Below, piece after piece: positions 40,270 to 53,259 of a DNA stretch of 64,000 bases (position 1 is the stretch's first letter; every line of letters starts with the position of its first letter). The notes beneath the pieces are model-generated. The model searched no databases. It saw nothing but the letters and a program-made list of their open reading frames with translations, and had not been told where the DNA came from. The stretch is taken from NCBI RefSeq assembly GCF_036321535.1, contig NC_087436.1:2108001-2172000 (forward strand), in the 5' to 3' direction. This DNA comes from Camelus dromedarius. Taxonomy: Eukaryota. The position numbers were made by a program, and so were the translations under genes.

Positions 40270-43200
40270 GGGAACGGTTTGCAGGAGAAACTTTTACACA
40301 TTTTTCTCAGTCTGTTTCCTAGTGCCGTTTTGAAGTGCCTTCAGTTTTCACTGTAAAACACAGTTGGAGCTAGTACCTCCCCATATATATGTATGGAGTG
40401 GAGTTTGCAACTGAAAAGAAACTTTGTGTTCCCAACTAGCTTGGGGAAGGACGGATTTAACACACACTTATCTCTCAGAACTAAGCATGTGGAGAGACGT
40501 TCGTTCATTTAGCACAAAGGGAACGGGTTGCAAGTGAAACTTTTACTCTAGTTTCTCAGTCTGTTTCCTAGTGTCGGTTGAAGTTCCTGCAGTTTTCACT
40601 GTAAAACCGAGTTGGAGCTAGTACCTCCCCATATATATGTATGGATTGGAGTTTGCAACTGAAAAGAAACTTTGTGTTCCCTACAAGCTAGTTGAAGGAC
40701 GGCTTTCACACACACTTATCTCTCAGAACTGAGCATGTGGAGAAACGTTCGTTCATCTAGCACAAAGGGAACGGGTTGCAGGAGAAACTTTTACACTGGT
40801 TTCTCAGTCTGTTTCTTAGTGCCGGTTTGAAGATTCTGCAGTTTTCACGGTAAAACCGTGTTGGAGCTAGTACCTTCGCATATATATGTATGGATTGGAG
40901 TTTGCAAGTGAAAAGAAACTTTGTGTTCCCAACAAGCTAGGTGAAGGACGGCTTTCACACACACTTATCTCTCAGAACTGAGCATGTGGAGAGAAGTTCG
41001 TTCATCTAGCACAAAGGGAACGGGTTGCAGGAGAAACTTTTACAAATTTTTCTCAGTCTGTTTCCTAGTGCCGTTTTGAAGTGCCTTCAGTTTTCACTGT
41101 AAAACACAGTTGGAGCTAGTACCTCCCCATATATATGTATGGAGTGGAGTTTGCAACTGAAAAGAAACTTTGTGTTCCCAACAAGCTAGGGGAAGGACGG
41201 CTTTAACACACAATTATCTCTCAGAACTAAGCATGTGGAGAGACGTTCGTTCATCTAGCACAAAAGGAACGTGTTGCAGGTGAAACATTTTCTCTGGTTT
41301 CTCAGTCTGTTTCCTAGTGTCGGTTTGAAGTTCCTGCAGTTTTCACTGTAAAACCGAGTTGGAGCTAGTACCTCCCCATATATATGTATGGAGTGGAGTT
41401 TGCAACTGAAAAGAAACTTTGTGTTCCCAACAATCTAGTTGAAGGACGGCTTTCACACACACTTATCTCTCAGAACTGAGCATGTGGAGAGAAGTTCGTT
41501 CATGTAGCACAAAGGGAACGGGTTGCAGGGGAAACTTTTACTCTGGATTCTCAGTCTGTTTCCTAGTGTCGGTTAGAAGTTCCTGCAGTTTTCACTGTAA
41601 AACCGAGCTGGAGCTAGTACTTCCCCTTATATATGTATGGATTGGAGTTTGTAAGTGAAAAGAAACTTTGTGTTCCCAAGAAGCTAGGTGAAGGACGGCT
41701 TTCACACACACTTATCTCTCAGAACTGAGCATGTGGAGAGACGTTCGTTCATGTAGCACAAAGGGAACGGGTTGCAGGGGAAACTTTACTCTGGATTCTC
41801 AGTCTGTTTCCTAGTGTCGTTTTGAAGTTCCTGCAGTTTTCACTGTAAAACCGAGCTGGAGCTAGTACTTCCCCGTATATATGTATGGATTGGGGTTTGT
41901 AAGTGAAAAGAAACTTTGTGTTCCCAAGAAGCTAGGTGAAGGACGGCTTTCACACACAATTATCACTCAGAACTGAGCATGTGGAGAGACGTTCGTTCAT
42001 CTAGCACAAAGGGAACGGGTTGCAGGAGAAACTTTTACTCTGGTTTCTCAGTCTGTTTCCTAGTGCCGGTTGGAAGTTCCTGCAGTTTTCACTGTAAAAC
42101 CGAGTTGGAGCTAGTACCTCCCCATATATATGTATGGAGTGGAGTTTCCAACTGAAAAGAAACTTTGTGTTCCCGACAAGCTAGGTGAAGGACGGCTTTC
42201 ACACACAGTTATCTCTCAGAACTAAGCATTTGGAGAGACGTTCGTTCATCTAGCATAAAGGGAACCTGTTGCAGGAGAAACTTTTACTCTGGTTTCTCAG
42301 TCTGTTTCCTAGTGCCGGTTTGAAGTTCCTGCAAATTTCACTGTAAAACCGATTTGGAGCTAGTAACTCCCCATATATATGTATGGAGTGGAGTTTGCAA
42401 CTGAAAAGAAACTTTGTGTCCCCAACAAGCTAGGTGAAGGACGGCTTTCACACACACTTATCTCTCAGAACTGGGCAAGTGGAGAGACGTTCGTTCATCT
42501 AGCACAAAGTGAACGGGTTGCAAGAGAAACTTTTTCTCTGGTTTCTCATTCTGTTTCCTGTTGCCGGTTTAAAGTTCCTGCAATTTTCACTGTAAAACCG
42601 AGTTGGAGCATGTCCCTCCCCATATATATGTATGGATTGGAGTTTGCAACTGAAAGGAACTATGTGTTCCAAAGAAGCTAGGTGAAGGACGGCTTTCACA
42701 CACACTTATCTCTCAGAACTGAGCATGTGGAGAGAAGTTCGTTCATCTAGCACAAAGGGAACGGTTTGCAGGAGAAACTTTTACACATTTTTCTCAGTCT
42801 GTTTCCTAGTGCCGTTTTGAAGTGCCTTCAGTTTTCACTGTAAAACACAGTTGGAGCTAGTACCTCCCCATATATATGTATGGAGTGGAGTTTGCAACTG
42901 AAAAGAAACTTTGTGTTCCCAACTAGCTTGGGGAAGGACGGATTTAACACACACTTATCTCTCAGAACTAAGCATGTGGAGAGACGTTCGTTCATTTAGC
43001 ACAAAGGGAACGGGTTGCAAGTGAAACTTTTACTCTAGTTTCTCAGTCTGTTTCCTAGTGTCGGTTGAAGTTCCTGCAGTTTTCACTGTAAAACCGAGTT
43101 GGAGCTAGTACTTCCCCATATATATGTATGGATTGGAGTTTGCAACTGAAAAGAAACTTTGTGTTCCCTACAAGCTAGTTGAAGGACGGCTTTCACACAC

Positions 43201-43870
43201 ACTTATCTCTCAGAACTGAGCATGTGGAGAAACGTTCGTTCATCTAGCACAAAGGGAACGGGTTGCAGGAGAAACTTTTACTCTGGTTTCTCAGTCTGTT
43301 TCTTAGTGCCGGTTTGAAGATTCTGCAGTTTTCACGGTAAAAAAGTGTTGGAGCTAGTACCTTCGCATATATATGTATGGATTGGAGTTTGCAAGTGAAA
43401 AGAAACTTTGTGTTCCCAACAAGCTAGGTGAAGGACGGCTTTCACACACACTTATCTCTCAGAACTGAGCATGTGGAGAGAAGTTCGTTCATCTAGCACA
43501 AAGGGAACGGGTTGCAGGAGAAACTTTTACACATTTTTCTCAGTATGTTTCCTAGTGCCGTTTTGAAGTGCCTTCAGTTTTCACTGTAAAACACAGTTGG
43601 AGCTAGTACCTCCCCATATATATGTATGGAGTGGAGTTTGCAACTGAAAAGAAACTTTGTGTTCCCAACAAGCTAGGGGAAGGACGGCTTTAACACACAA
43701 TTATCTCTCAGAACTAAGCATGTGGAGAGACGTTCGTTCATCTAGCACAAAGGGAACGGGTTGCAGGTGAAACTTTTACTCTGGTTTCTCAGTCTGTTTC
43801 CTAGTGTCGGTTTGAAGTTCCTGCAGTTTTCACTGTAAAACCGAGTTGGAGCTAGTACCTCCCCATATAT
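40270..43870. repeat. 10-monomer HOR (~2487 bp), ~1.5 copies
   Basis: 'aactagcttggggaaggacggatttaac' at ~40434 and ~42921. 'gaagattctgcagttttcacgg' at ~40829 and ~43316. Confidence 0.85.
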
Positions 43871-46800
43871 ATGTATGGATTGGAGTTTGTAAGTGAAAAG
43901 AAACTTTGTGTTCCCAAGAAGCTAGGTGAAGTACGGCTTTCACACACACTTATCTCTCAGAACTGAGCATGTGGAGAGACGTTCGTTCATGTAGCACAAT
44001 GGGAACGGGTTGCAGGGGAAACTTTTACTCTGGATTCTCAGTCTGTTTCCAAGTGTCGTTTTGAAGTTCCTGCAGTTTTCACTGTAAAACCGAGCTGGAG
44101 CTAGTACTTCCCCGTATATATGTATGGATTGGAGTTTGTAAGTGAAAAGAATCTTTGTGTTCCCAAGAAGCTAGGTGAAGGACGGCTTTCACACTCACTT
44201 ATCTCTCAGAGCTGAGCATGTGGAGAGACGTTCGTTCACCTAGCACAAAGGGAACGGGTTGCAGGAGGAACTTTTACTCTGGTTTCTCATTCTGTTTCCT
44301 AGTGCAGGTTTGAAGTTCCTGCAATTTTCACTGTAAATCCGAGTTGGGGCTAGTACCTCCCCATATATATGGATGGATTGGAGTTCGCAACTGAAAAGAA
44401 ACTTTGTGTTCCCAACAAGCTAGGTGAAGGACGGCTTTCACACACACTTATCTCTCAGAACTGAGCATGTGGAGAGAAGTTCGTTCATCTAGCTCAAAGG
44501 GAACGGGTTGCAGGAGAAACTTTTACACATTTTTCTCAGTCTGTTTCCTAGTGCCGTTTTGAAGTGCCTTCAGTTTTCACTGTAAAACACAGTTGGAGCT
44601 AGTACCTCCCCATATATATGTATGGAGTGGAGTTTGCAACTGAAAAGAAACTTTGTGTTCCCAACAAGCTATGTGAAGGCGGCTTTCACACACACTTATC
44701 TCTCAGATCTGGGCAATTGGAGAGACGTTCGTTCATCTAGGAAAAAGTGAACGGTTTGCAGGAGAAATTTTTCTCTGGTTTCTCAGTCTGTTTCCAAGTG
44801 CCGGTTTGATGTTCCTGCAGTTTTCACTGTAAAACCGAGTTGGAGCTTGTACCTCCCCATGTATATGCATGGATTGGAGTTTGCATGTGAAAAGAAACTT
44901 TGTGTTCCCAACAAGCTAGGTGAAGGACGGCTTTCACACACACTTATCTCAGAACTGAGCATGTGGAGAGACGTTCGTTCACCTAGCAGAAAGGGAACGG
45001 GTTGCAGGAGAACCTTTTACTGTGGTTTCTCATTCTGTTTCCTAGTGCCGGTTTGAAGTTCCTGCAATTTTCACTGTAAATCCGAGTTGGGGCTAGTACC
45101 TCCCCATATATATGTATGGAGTGGAGTTTGCAACTGAAAAGAAACTGTGTTCCCAACAAGCTAGGTGAAGTACGGCTTTCACACACACTTATCTCTCAGA
45201 ACTGGGCAAATGGAGAGACGTTCGTTCATCTAGCACAAAGGGAACGGGTTGCAGGTGAAACATTTTCTCTGGTTTCTCAGTCTGTTTCCTGTTGCCGGTT
45301 TAAAGTTCCTGCAGTTTTCACTGTAAAACCGAGTTGGGGCTTGTACCACCCCATATATGTGTATGGATTGGAGTTTACACCTGAAAGGAACTTTGTGTTC
45401 CCAAGAAGCTAGGTGAAGGACGGCTTTCACACACACTTATCTCTCAGAACTGAGCATGTGGAGAGACGTTCGTTCATCTAGCCCAAAGGGAACGGGTTGC
45501 AGGGGAAACTTTTACTCTGGTTTCTCAGCCTGTTTCCTAGTGCCGGTTTGAAGTTCCTGAATTTTTCACTGTAAAACCGAGTTGGAGCTAGAACCACCGC
45601 ATATATATGTATGGATTGGAGTTTGCAAGTGAAAAGAAACTTTGTGTTCCCAACAAGCTAGATGAAGGACAGCTTTCACACACTACTTTCTCTCAGATCT
45701 GAGCATGTGGAGAGAAGTTCGTTCATCTAGCACAAAGGGAACGGGTTGCAGGAGAATCTTTTACTCTGGTTTCTCAGTCTGTTTCCTAGTGCCGGTTTGA
45801 AGTTCCTTCATTTTTCACTGTAAAACAGAGTTGGAGGTAGTACATTCCCATATATATGTATGAAGTGGAGTTTGCAACTGAAAAGAAAGTTTGTGTTCCC
45901 AACAAGCTAGGGGAAGGACGGCTTTCAAACACACTTATCTCTCAGAACTAAGCATGTGGAGAGACGTTCGTTCATCTAGCACAAAGGGAACGGGTTGCAG
46001 GAGAAACTTTTACTCTGGTTTCTCAGTGTTTTTCCCAGTGCCGGTTTGATGTTCCTGCAGTTTTCACTGTAAAACCGAGTTGGAGCTAGTACCTCCCCAT
46101 ATATATGTATGGATTGGAGTTTGCAAGTGAAAAGAAACTTTGTGTCCCAACAAGCTAGGTGAAGAACGGCTTTCACACACAGTTATCTCTCAGAACTGAG
46201 CATGTGGAGAGACGTTCGTTCACCTAGCAAAAAGGGAACGGGTTGCAGGAGAAACTTTTACTCTGGTTTCTCAGTCTGTTTCCTAGTGCCGGTTTGAAGT
46301 TCCTGCAATTTTCACTGTAAATCCGAGTTGGAGCTAGTACCTCCCCATATAAATGTATGGAGTGGAGTTAGCAACTGAAAAGAAACTTTGTGTTCCCAAC
46401 AAGCTAGGTGAAGGACGGCTTTCACACACACTTTTCTCTCAGAACTGGGCAAGTGGAGAGACGTTCGTTCATCTAGCACAAAGGGAACGGGTTGCAGGAG
46501 AAAGTATTTCTCTGGTTTGTCAGTCTGTTTCCTGTTGCCGATTTAAAGTTCCTGCAGTTTTCACTGTAAAACCGAGTTGGAGCTTGTTCCTCCCCATATA
46601 TGTGTATGGATTGGAGTTTGCACCTGAAAGGAAATTTGTGTTCACAACAAGCTAGGTGAAGGACGGCTTTCACACACACTTATCTCTCAGAACTGAGAAT
46701 GTGGAGAGACGTTCCTTCATCTAGACCAAAGGGAACGGGTTGCTGGAGAAACTTTTACTCTGGTTTCTCAGGCTGTTTCCTACTGCCGGTTTAAAGTTCC

Positions 46801-49800
46801 TGCATTTTTCACTGTAAAACTGAGATGGAGCTAGTACCTCCGCATATATATGTATGGATTGGAGTTTGCAAGTGAAAAGAAACTTTGTGTTCCCAACAAG
46901 CTAGGTGAAGGACGGCTTTCACACAGAGTTTCTCTCAGAATTGAGTATGTGGAGAGACGTTCGTTCATCTAGCACAAAGGGAACGGGTTGCAGGAGAAAC
47001 TTATACTCATTTATCTCAGTCTGTTTCCTAGTGCCGGTTTGATGTTCCTGCAGTTTTCACTGTAAAACCGAGTTGGGGCTAGTACCTCCCCATATATATG
47101 TATGGATTGGAGTTTTCAACTGAAAAGAAACTTTGTGTTCCCCAGAAGCTAGGTGAAGGACGGCTATCACACACATTTACCTCTCAGAACTGAGCATGTG
47201 GAGAGACGTTCGTTCATCTAGCACAAAGTGAGAGGGTGGCAGGAGAAACTTTTACTCTGGTTTCTCAGTCTGTTTCCTAGTGCCGGTTTGAAGTTTCTGC
47301 AGTTTTCACTGTAAAAAAGAGTTGGGGCTACTACCTCCCCATATATATGTATGGAGTGGAGTTTGCAACTGAGAAGAAACTTTGTGTTCCCAAGAAGCTA
47401 GGTGAAGGACGGCTTTCACACACACTTATCTCTCAGATCTGGGCAATTGGAGAGACGTTCGTTCATCTAGCACAAAGGGAACAGGTTGCAGGGGAAACTT
47501 TTTCTCTGGTTTCTCAGTCTGTTTCCTGTTGCCGGTATAAAGTTCCTGCAGTTTTCACTGTAAATCCGAATTGGAGCTTGTACCTCCCCATATATATGTA
47601 TGGATTGGAGTTTGCAACTTAATGGAACTTTGTGTTCCCAAGAAGCTAGGGGAAAGACGGCTTTCACACACACTTATCTCTCAGAACTGAGCATGTGGAG
47701 GGACGTTCGTTCATCTAGAACAAAGGGAACGGGTGGCAGGAGAAACTTTTACTCTGGTTTCTCAGTCTGTTTCCTAGTGCCGGTTTGAAGTTCCTGCAGT
47801 TTTCAGAGTAAAAAAAAGTTGGTGCTACAACCTCCCCATATATATGTATGGAGTGGAGTTTGCAACTGAAAAGAAACTTTGTGTTCCCAACAAGCAAGTT
47901 GAAGGACTGCTTTCACACACACTTTTCTCTCAGAACTGAGCATCTGGAGAGACGTTCGTTCATCTAGCAAAAAGGGAACGGGTTGCAGGAGAAACTTTTA
48001 CTCTGGTTTCTCAGTCTGTTTCCTAGTGCCTGTTTGAAGTTCCTGCAGTTTTCACTGTAAAACAGAGTTGGAGCTAGTACCTCCCCATATATATGTATGG
48101 AGTGGAGTTTGCAACTGAAAAGAAACTTTGTGTTCCCAACAAGCTAGGTGAAGGACGGCTTTCACACACAATTATCTCTCAGAACTGAGCTTGTGGAGAG
48201 ACTTTCGTTCATCTAGCACAAAGGAACGGGTTGCAGGAGAAACTTTTACTCATTTATCTCAGTCTGATTCCTAGTGCCGGTTTGAATTTCCTGCAGTTTT
48301 CACTGTAAAACCGAGTTGGGGCTAGTAACTCCCCATATATATGTATGGAGTGGAGTTTGCAACTGAAAAGATACTTTGAGTTCCCAACAATCTATGTGAA
48401 TGACAGCTTTCACACACACTTATCTCTCAGATCTGGGCAAGTGGAGAGACGTTCGTTCCTCTAGCACAAATGGAACGGGTTGCAAGAGAAACTTTTTCTC
48501 CGGTTTCTCAGTCTCTTTCCTGTTGCCGGTTTAAAGTTCCTACAGTTTTCACTGTAAAATCGAGTTGGAGCTCTTCCCTCCCGGTATATATATATGGATT
48601 GGAGTTTGCAATTGAAAGGAACTTTGTGTTCCCAAGAAGCTAGGTGAAGAACGGCTTTCACACACAATTATATCTCAGAACTGAGCATGTGGTGAGACTT
48701 TCGTTCATCTAGCACAAAGGGAACAGGTTGCAGGCGAAAATTTTACTCTCGTTTCTCTGTCTGATTCCTTGTGCCGGTTTGAAGTTCCTGCATTCTTAAC
48801 TGTAAAACAGATTTGGGGCTAGTACCTCCCCATATATATGTATGGAATGGAGTTTGCAACTGAAAAGAAACTTTGTGTTCCCAACAAGCTAGGGGAAGGA
48901 CGGCTTTCACACACACTTATCTCTCAGAACTGAGCATGTGGAGAGACGTTCGTTCATCTAGCACAAAGGGAACGGGTTGCAGGAGAAAATTTTACTCTGG
49001 TTTCTCAGTCTGATTCCTAGTGCCGGTTTGACGTTCCTGCAGTTTTAACTGTAAAACAGATTTGGGGCTAGTACCTCCCCATATATATGTATGGAATGGA
49101 AGTTGCAACTGAAAAGAAACTTAGTGTTCCCAACAAGCTAGGTGAAGGACGGCTTTCACACACACTTATCTCTCAGAACTCAGCATGTGGAGAGACGTTC
49201 GTTCATCTAGCACAAAGGGAACGGGTTGCAGGAGAAACTTTTACTCTGGTTTCTCAGTCTGTTTCCTAGTGCCGGTTTGAAGTTCCTGCAGTTTCCACTG
49301 TAAAAGACAGTTGGGGCTACTACCTCCCCTTATATATGTATGGAGTGGAGTTTGCAACTGAAAAGAAACTTTGTGTTCCCGACAAGCTAGGTGAAGGACG
49401 GCTTTCACACTCACTTATCTCTCAGATCTGGACAAGTGGAGAGACGTTCGTTCATCAAGCACAAAGGGAACGTGTTGCAAGAGAAACTTTTTCTCCGGTT
49501 TCTCAGTCTGTTTCCTGTTCCCGGTTTAAAGTTCCTGCAGTTTTCACTGTAAATCCGAGTTGGAGCTTCTCCCTCCCCATATATATATATGGATTGGAGT
49601 TTGCAACTGAAAGGAACTTTGTGTTCCCAAGAAGCTAGGTGAAGGACGGCTTTCACACACACTAATATCTCCGAACTGAGCATGTGGTGAGACTTTCGTT
49701 CATCTAGCACAAAGGGAAAGGTTTGCAGGAGAAACTTTTACTCTGGATTCTCAGTCTGTTTCCTAGTGCCGGTTTGAAGTTCCTGCAGTTTTCACAGTAA

Positions 49801-50729
49801 AACCGAGTTGGAGCTAGTACCTCCGCATATATATGTATTGATTGGAGATTGCAAGTGAAAAGAAACTTTGTGTTCCCAACAAGCTAGGTGAAGGACGGCT
49901 TTCACACACACTTATCTCTCAGAACTGAGCATGTGGAGGGACGTTTGTTCATCTAGCACAAAGGGAACGGGTTGCAGGAGAAACTTTTACTCATGTTTCT
50001 CAGTCTGTTTCCTAGTGCCGGTTTGAAGTTCCTGCAGTTTTCACTGTAAAACCGATTTGGGGCTAGTACCTCCCCATATATATGTATGGAGTTGAGTTTG
50101 CAACTGAAAAGAAACTTTGTGTTCCCAACAAGCTAGGTGAAGGACGGCTTTCACACACACTTATCTCTCAGAACTGAGCATGTGGAGAGACGTTCGTTCA
50201 TCTAACACAAAGGAAATGGGAGGCAGGAGAAACTTTTACTCTGGTTTCTCAGTCTGTTTCCTAGTGCCGGTTTGAAGTTCCTGCAGTTTTCACTGTAAAA
50301 CAGAGTTGGGGCTACTACCTCCCCTTATATATGTATGGAGTGGAGTTTGCAACTGAAAAGAAACTTTGTGTTCCCAACAAGCTAGGTGAAGGACGGCTTT
50401 CACACTCAGTTATCTCTCAGATCTGGACAAGTGGAGAGACGTTCGTTCATCTAGCACAAAGGGAACGGGTTGCAGGAGAAACATTTTCTATGGTTTCTCA
50501 GTTTGTTTCCTGTTGCCGGTATAAAGTTCCTGCAGTTTTCACTGTAAAACCGAGTTCGAGCTTGTACCTCACCATATATATGTATGGATTGGAGTTTGCA
50601 ACTTAAAGGAACTTTGTGATCCCAAGAAGCTAGGTGAAGGATGGCTTTCACACACACATATCTCTCAGAACTGAGCATGTGGAGAGACGTTCTTTCATCT
50701 AGCACAAAGTGAACGGTTTGCAGGAGAAA

Positions 50730-53240
50730 CTTTTACTCTGGTTTCTCAGTCTGTTTCCTAGTGCCGGTTTGAATTTCCTGCAGTTTTCACTGTAAAACAG
50801 AGTTGGAGCTAGTACCTACACATATATATGTATAGAGTGGAGTTTGCAACTGAAAAGAAACTTTGTGTTCCCAACAAGCTAGGTGAAGGACGGCTTTCAC
50901 ACACACTTATCTCTCAGAACTGAGCATGTGGAGAGACCTTCGTTCATCTAGCACAAATGGAACGGATTGCAGGATAAACTTTTACTCATTTTTCTCAGTC
51001 TGTTTCCTAGTGCCGGTTTGAAGTTCCTTCAGTTTTCACTGTAAAACCGAGTTGGAGCTAGTACCTCCCCATATATATGTATGGAGTGCAGTTTGCAACT
51101 GAAAAGAAACTTTGGGTTCCCAACAAGCCAGGGGAAGGACGGCTTCCACACACACTTATTTCTCAGAACTGAGCATGTGGAGAGACGTTCGTTCATCTAG
51201 CACAAATGGAACGGGTTGCAGGAGAAAATTTTACTCTGGTTTCTCAGTCTGTTTCCTAGTGCCGGTTTGAAGTTCCTGCAGTTTTCACTGTAAAACAGAG
51301 TTGGGGCTAGTACCTCCCCATATATATGTATGGAGTGGAGTTTGCTACTGAAAAGAAACTTTGTGTTCCCAACTAGCTAGTTGAATGACGGCTTTCACAC
51401 ACACTTATCTCTCAGAACTGAGCATGTGGAGAGACGTTCGTTCATCTAGCACAAAGGGAACGGGTTGCAGGGGAAACTTTTACTCTGGTTTCTCAGTCTG
51501 ATTCCTGTTGCCGGTTTGAAGTTCCTGCTGTTTTCACTGTAAAACCGAGTTGGAGCTAGTACCTCCCCATATATATGTATGGAGTTGAGTTTCAACTGAA
51601 AAGAAACTTTGTGTTCCCAACAAGCTAGGTGAAGGACGGCTTTCACACACACTTATCTCTCAGAACTGAGCATGTGGAGAGACGTTCGTTCATCTAGCAC
51701 AAAGGGAACATTTTGCAGGAGAAACTTTTACTCTGGTTCCTCAGTCTGTTTCCTAGTGCCGGTTTGAATTTCCTGCAGTTTTCACTGTAAAACAGAGTTG
51801 GAGCTAGTACCTAACCATATATATGTATGGAGTGGAGTTTGCAACTGAAAAGAAACTTTGTGTTCCCAACAAGCTAGGTGAAGGACGGCTTTCACACACA
51901 CTTATCTCTCAGAACTGAGCATGTGGAGAGACTTTCGTTCATCTAGCACAAAGGGAACGGGTTGCAGGAAAAACTTTTACTCATTTTTCTCAGTCTGTTT
52001 CCTAGGGCCGGTTTGAAGTTCCTTCAGTTTTCACTGTAAAACCGAGTTGGAGCTAGTACCTCCCCATATATATGTATGGAGTGGAGTTTGCAACTGAAAA
52101 GAATCTTTGTGTTCAAAACAAGCTAGGGGAAGGACGGCTTTCACACACACTTATCTCTCAGAACTGAGCATGTGGAGAGACGTTAGTTCATCTAGCACAA
52201 AGGGAACGGGATGCAGGAGAAAATTTTACTCTGGTTTCTCAGTCTGTTTCCTGTTGCCGGTTTAAAGTTCCTGCAGTTTTCACTGTAAAACCGGGTTGGA
52301 GCTTGTCCCTCCCCATATATATATATGGATTGGAGTATGCAACTGAAAGGAACTTTGTGTTCCCAAGAAGCTAGGTGAAGGACGGCTTTCACACACACTT
52401 ATATCTCAGAACTGAGCATGTGGAGAGACTTTCGTTCATCTAGCAAAAATGGAACGTGTTGCAGGAGAAACTTTTACTATGGTTTCTCAGTCTGTTTCCT
52501 ACTGCCGGTTTGAAGTTCCTGCAGTTTTCACTGTAAAACCGAGTTGGAGCAAGTACCTCCGCATATATATGTATGGATTGGAGTTTACAAGTGAAAAGAA
52601 TCTTTGTGTTCCCAACAAGCTAGGTAAAGGACGGCTTTCACACACAATTATCTCTCAGAACTGAGCATGTGGAGAGACGTTCGTTCATCTAGCACAAAGG
52701 GAACGGGTTGCAGGAGAAACATTAGTCTGGTTTCTCAGTCTGTTTCCTAGTGCCGGTAGGAATTTCCTGCAGTTTTCACTGTAAAACAGGGTTGGAGCTA
52801 GTACCTCCCCATATATATGTATGGAGTGGAGTTTGCAACTTAAAGAAACTTTGTGTTCCCAACAAGCTAGGTGAAGGACGACTTTCACACACACTTATCT
52901 CTCAGAACTGAGCATGTGGAGAGACTTTCGTTCATCTAGCACAAAGGGAACGGGTTGCAGGCGAAACTTTTACTCATTTTTCTCAGTCTGTTTCCTAGTG
53001 CCGGTTTGAAGTTCCTTCAGTTTTCACTGTAAAACCGAGTTGGAGCTAGTACCTCCCCATATATACGTATGGAATGGAGTTTGCAACTGAAAAGAAACTT
53101 TGTGTTCCCAACAAGCTAGGGGAAGGACGGCTTTCACACACACTTATCTCTCAGAACTGAGCATGTGGAGAGACGTTCGTTCATCTAGCACAAAGGGAAC
53201 GGGTTGCAGGAGAAAATTTTACTCTGGTTTCTCAGTCTGA
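50730..53240. repeat. Diverged 4-monomer HOR (~995 bp), ~2.5 copies
   Basis: 'aatttcctgc' at ~50772, ~51767, ~52761. 'actcatttttctcag...gttccttcag' at ~51024, ~52019, ~53012, each followed by 'ggggaagg'. Confidence 0.7.
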
Positions 53241-53259
53241 TTCCTAGTGCCGGTTTGAC

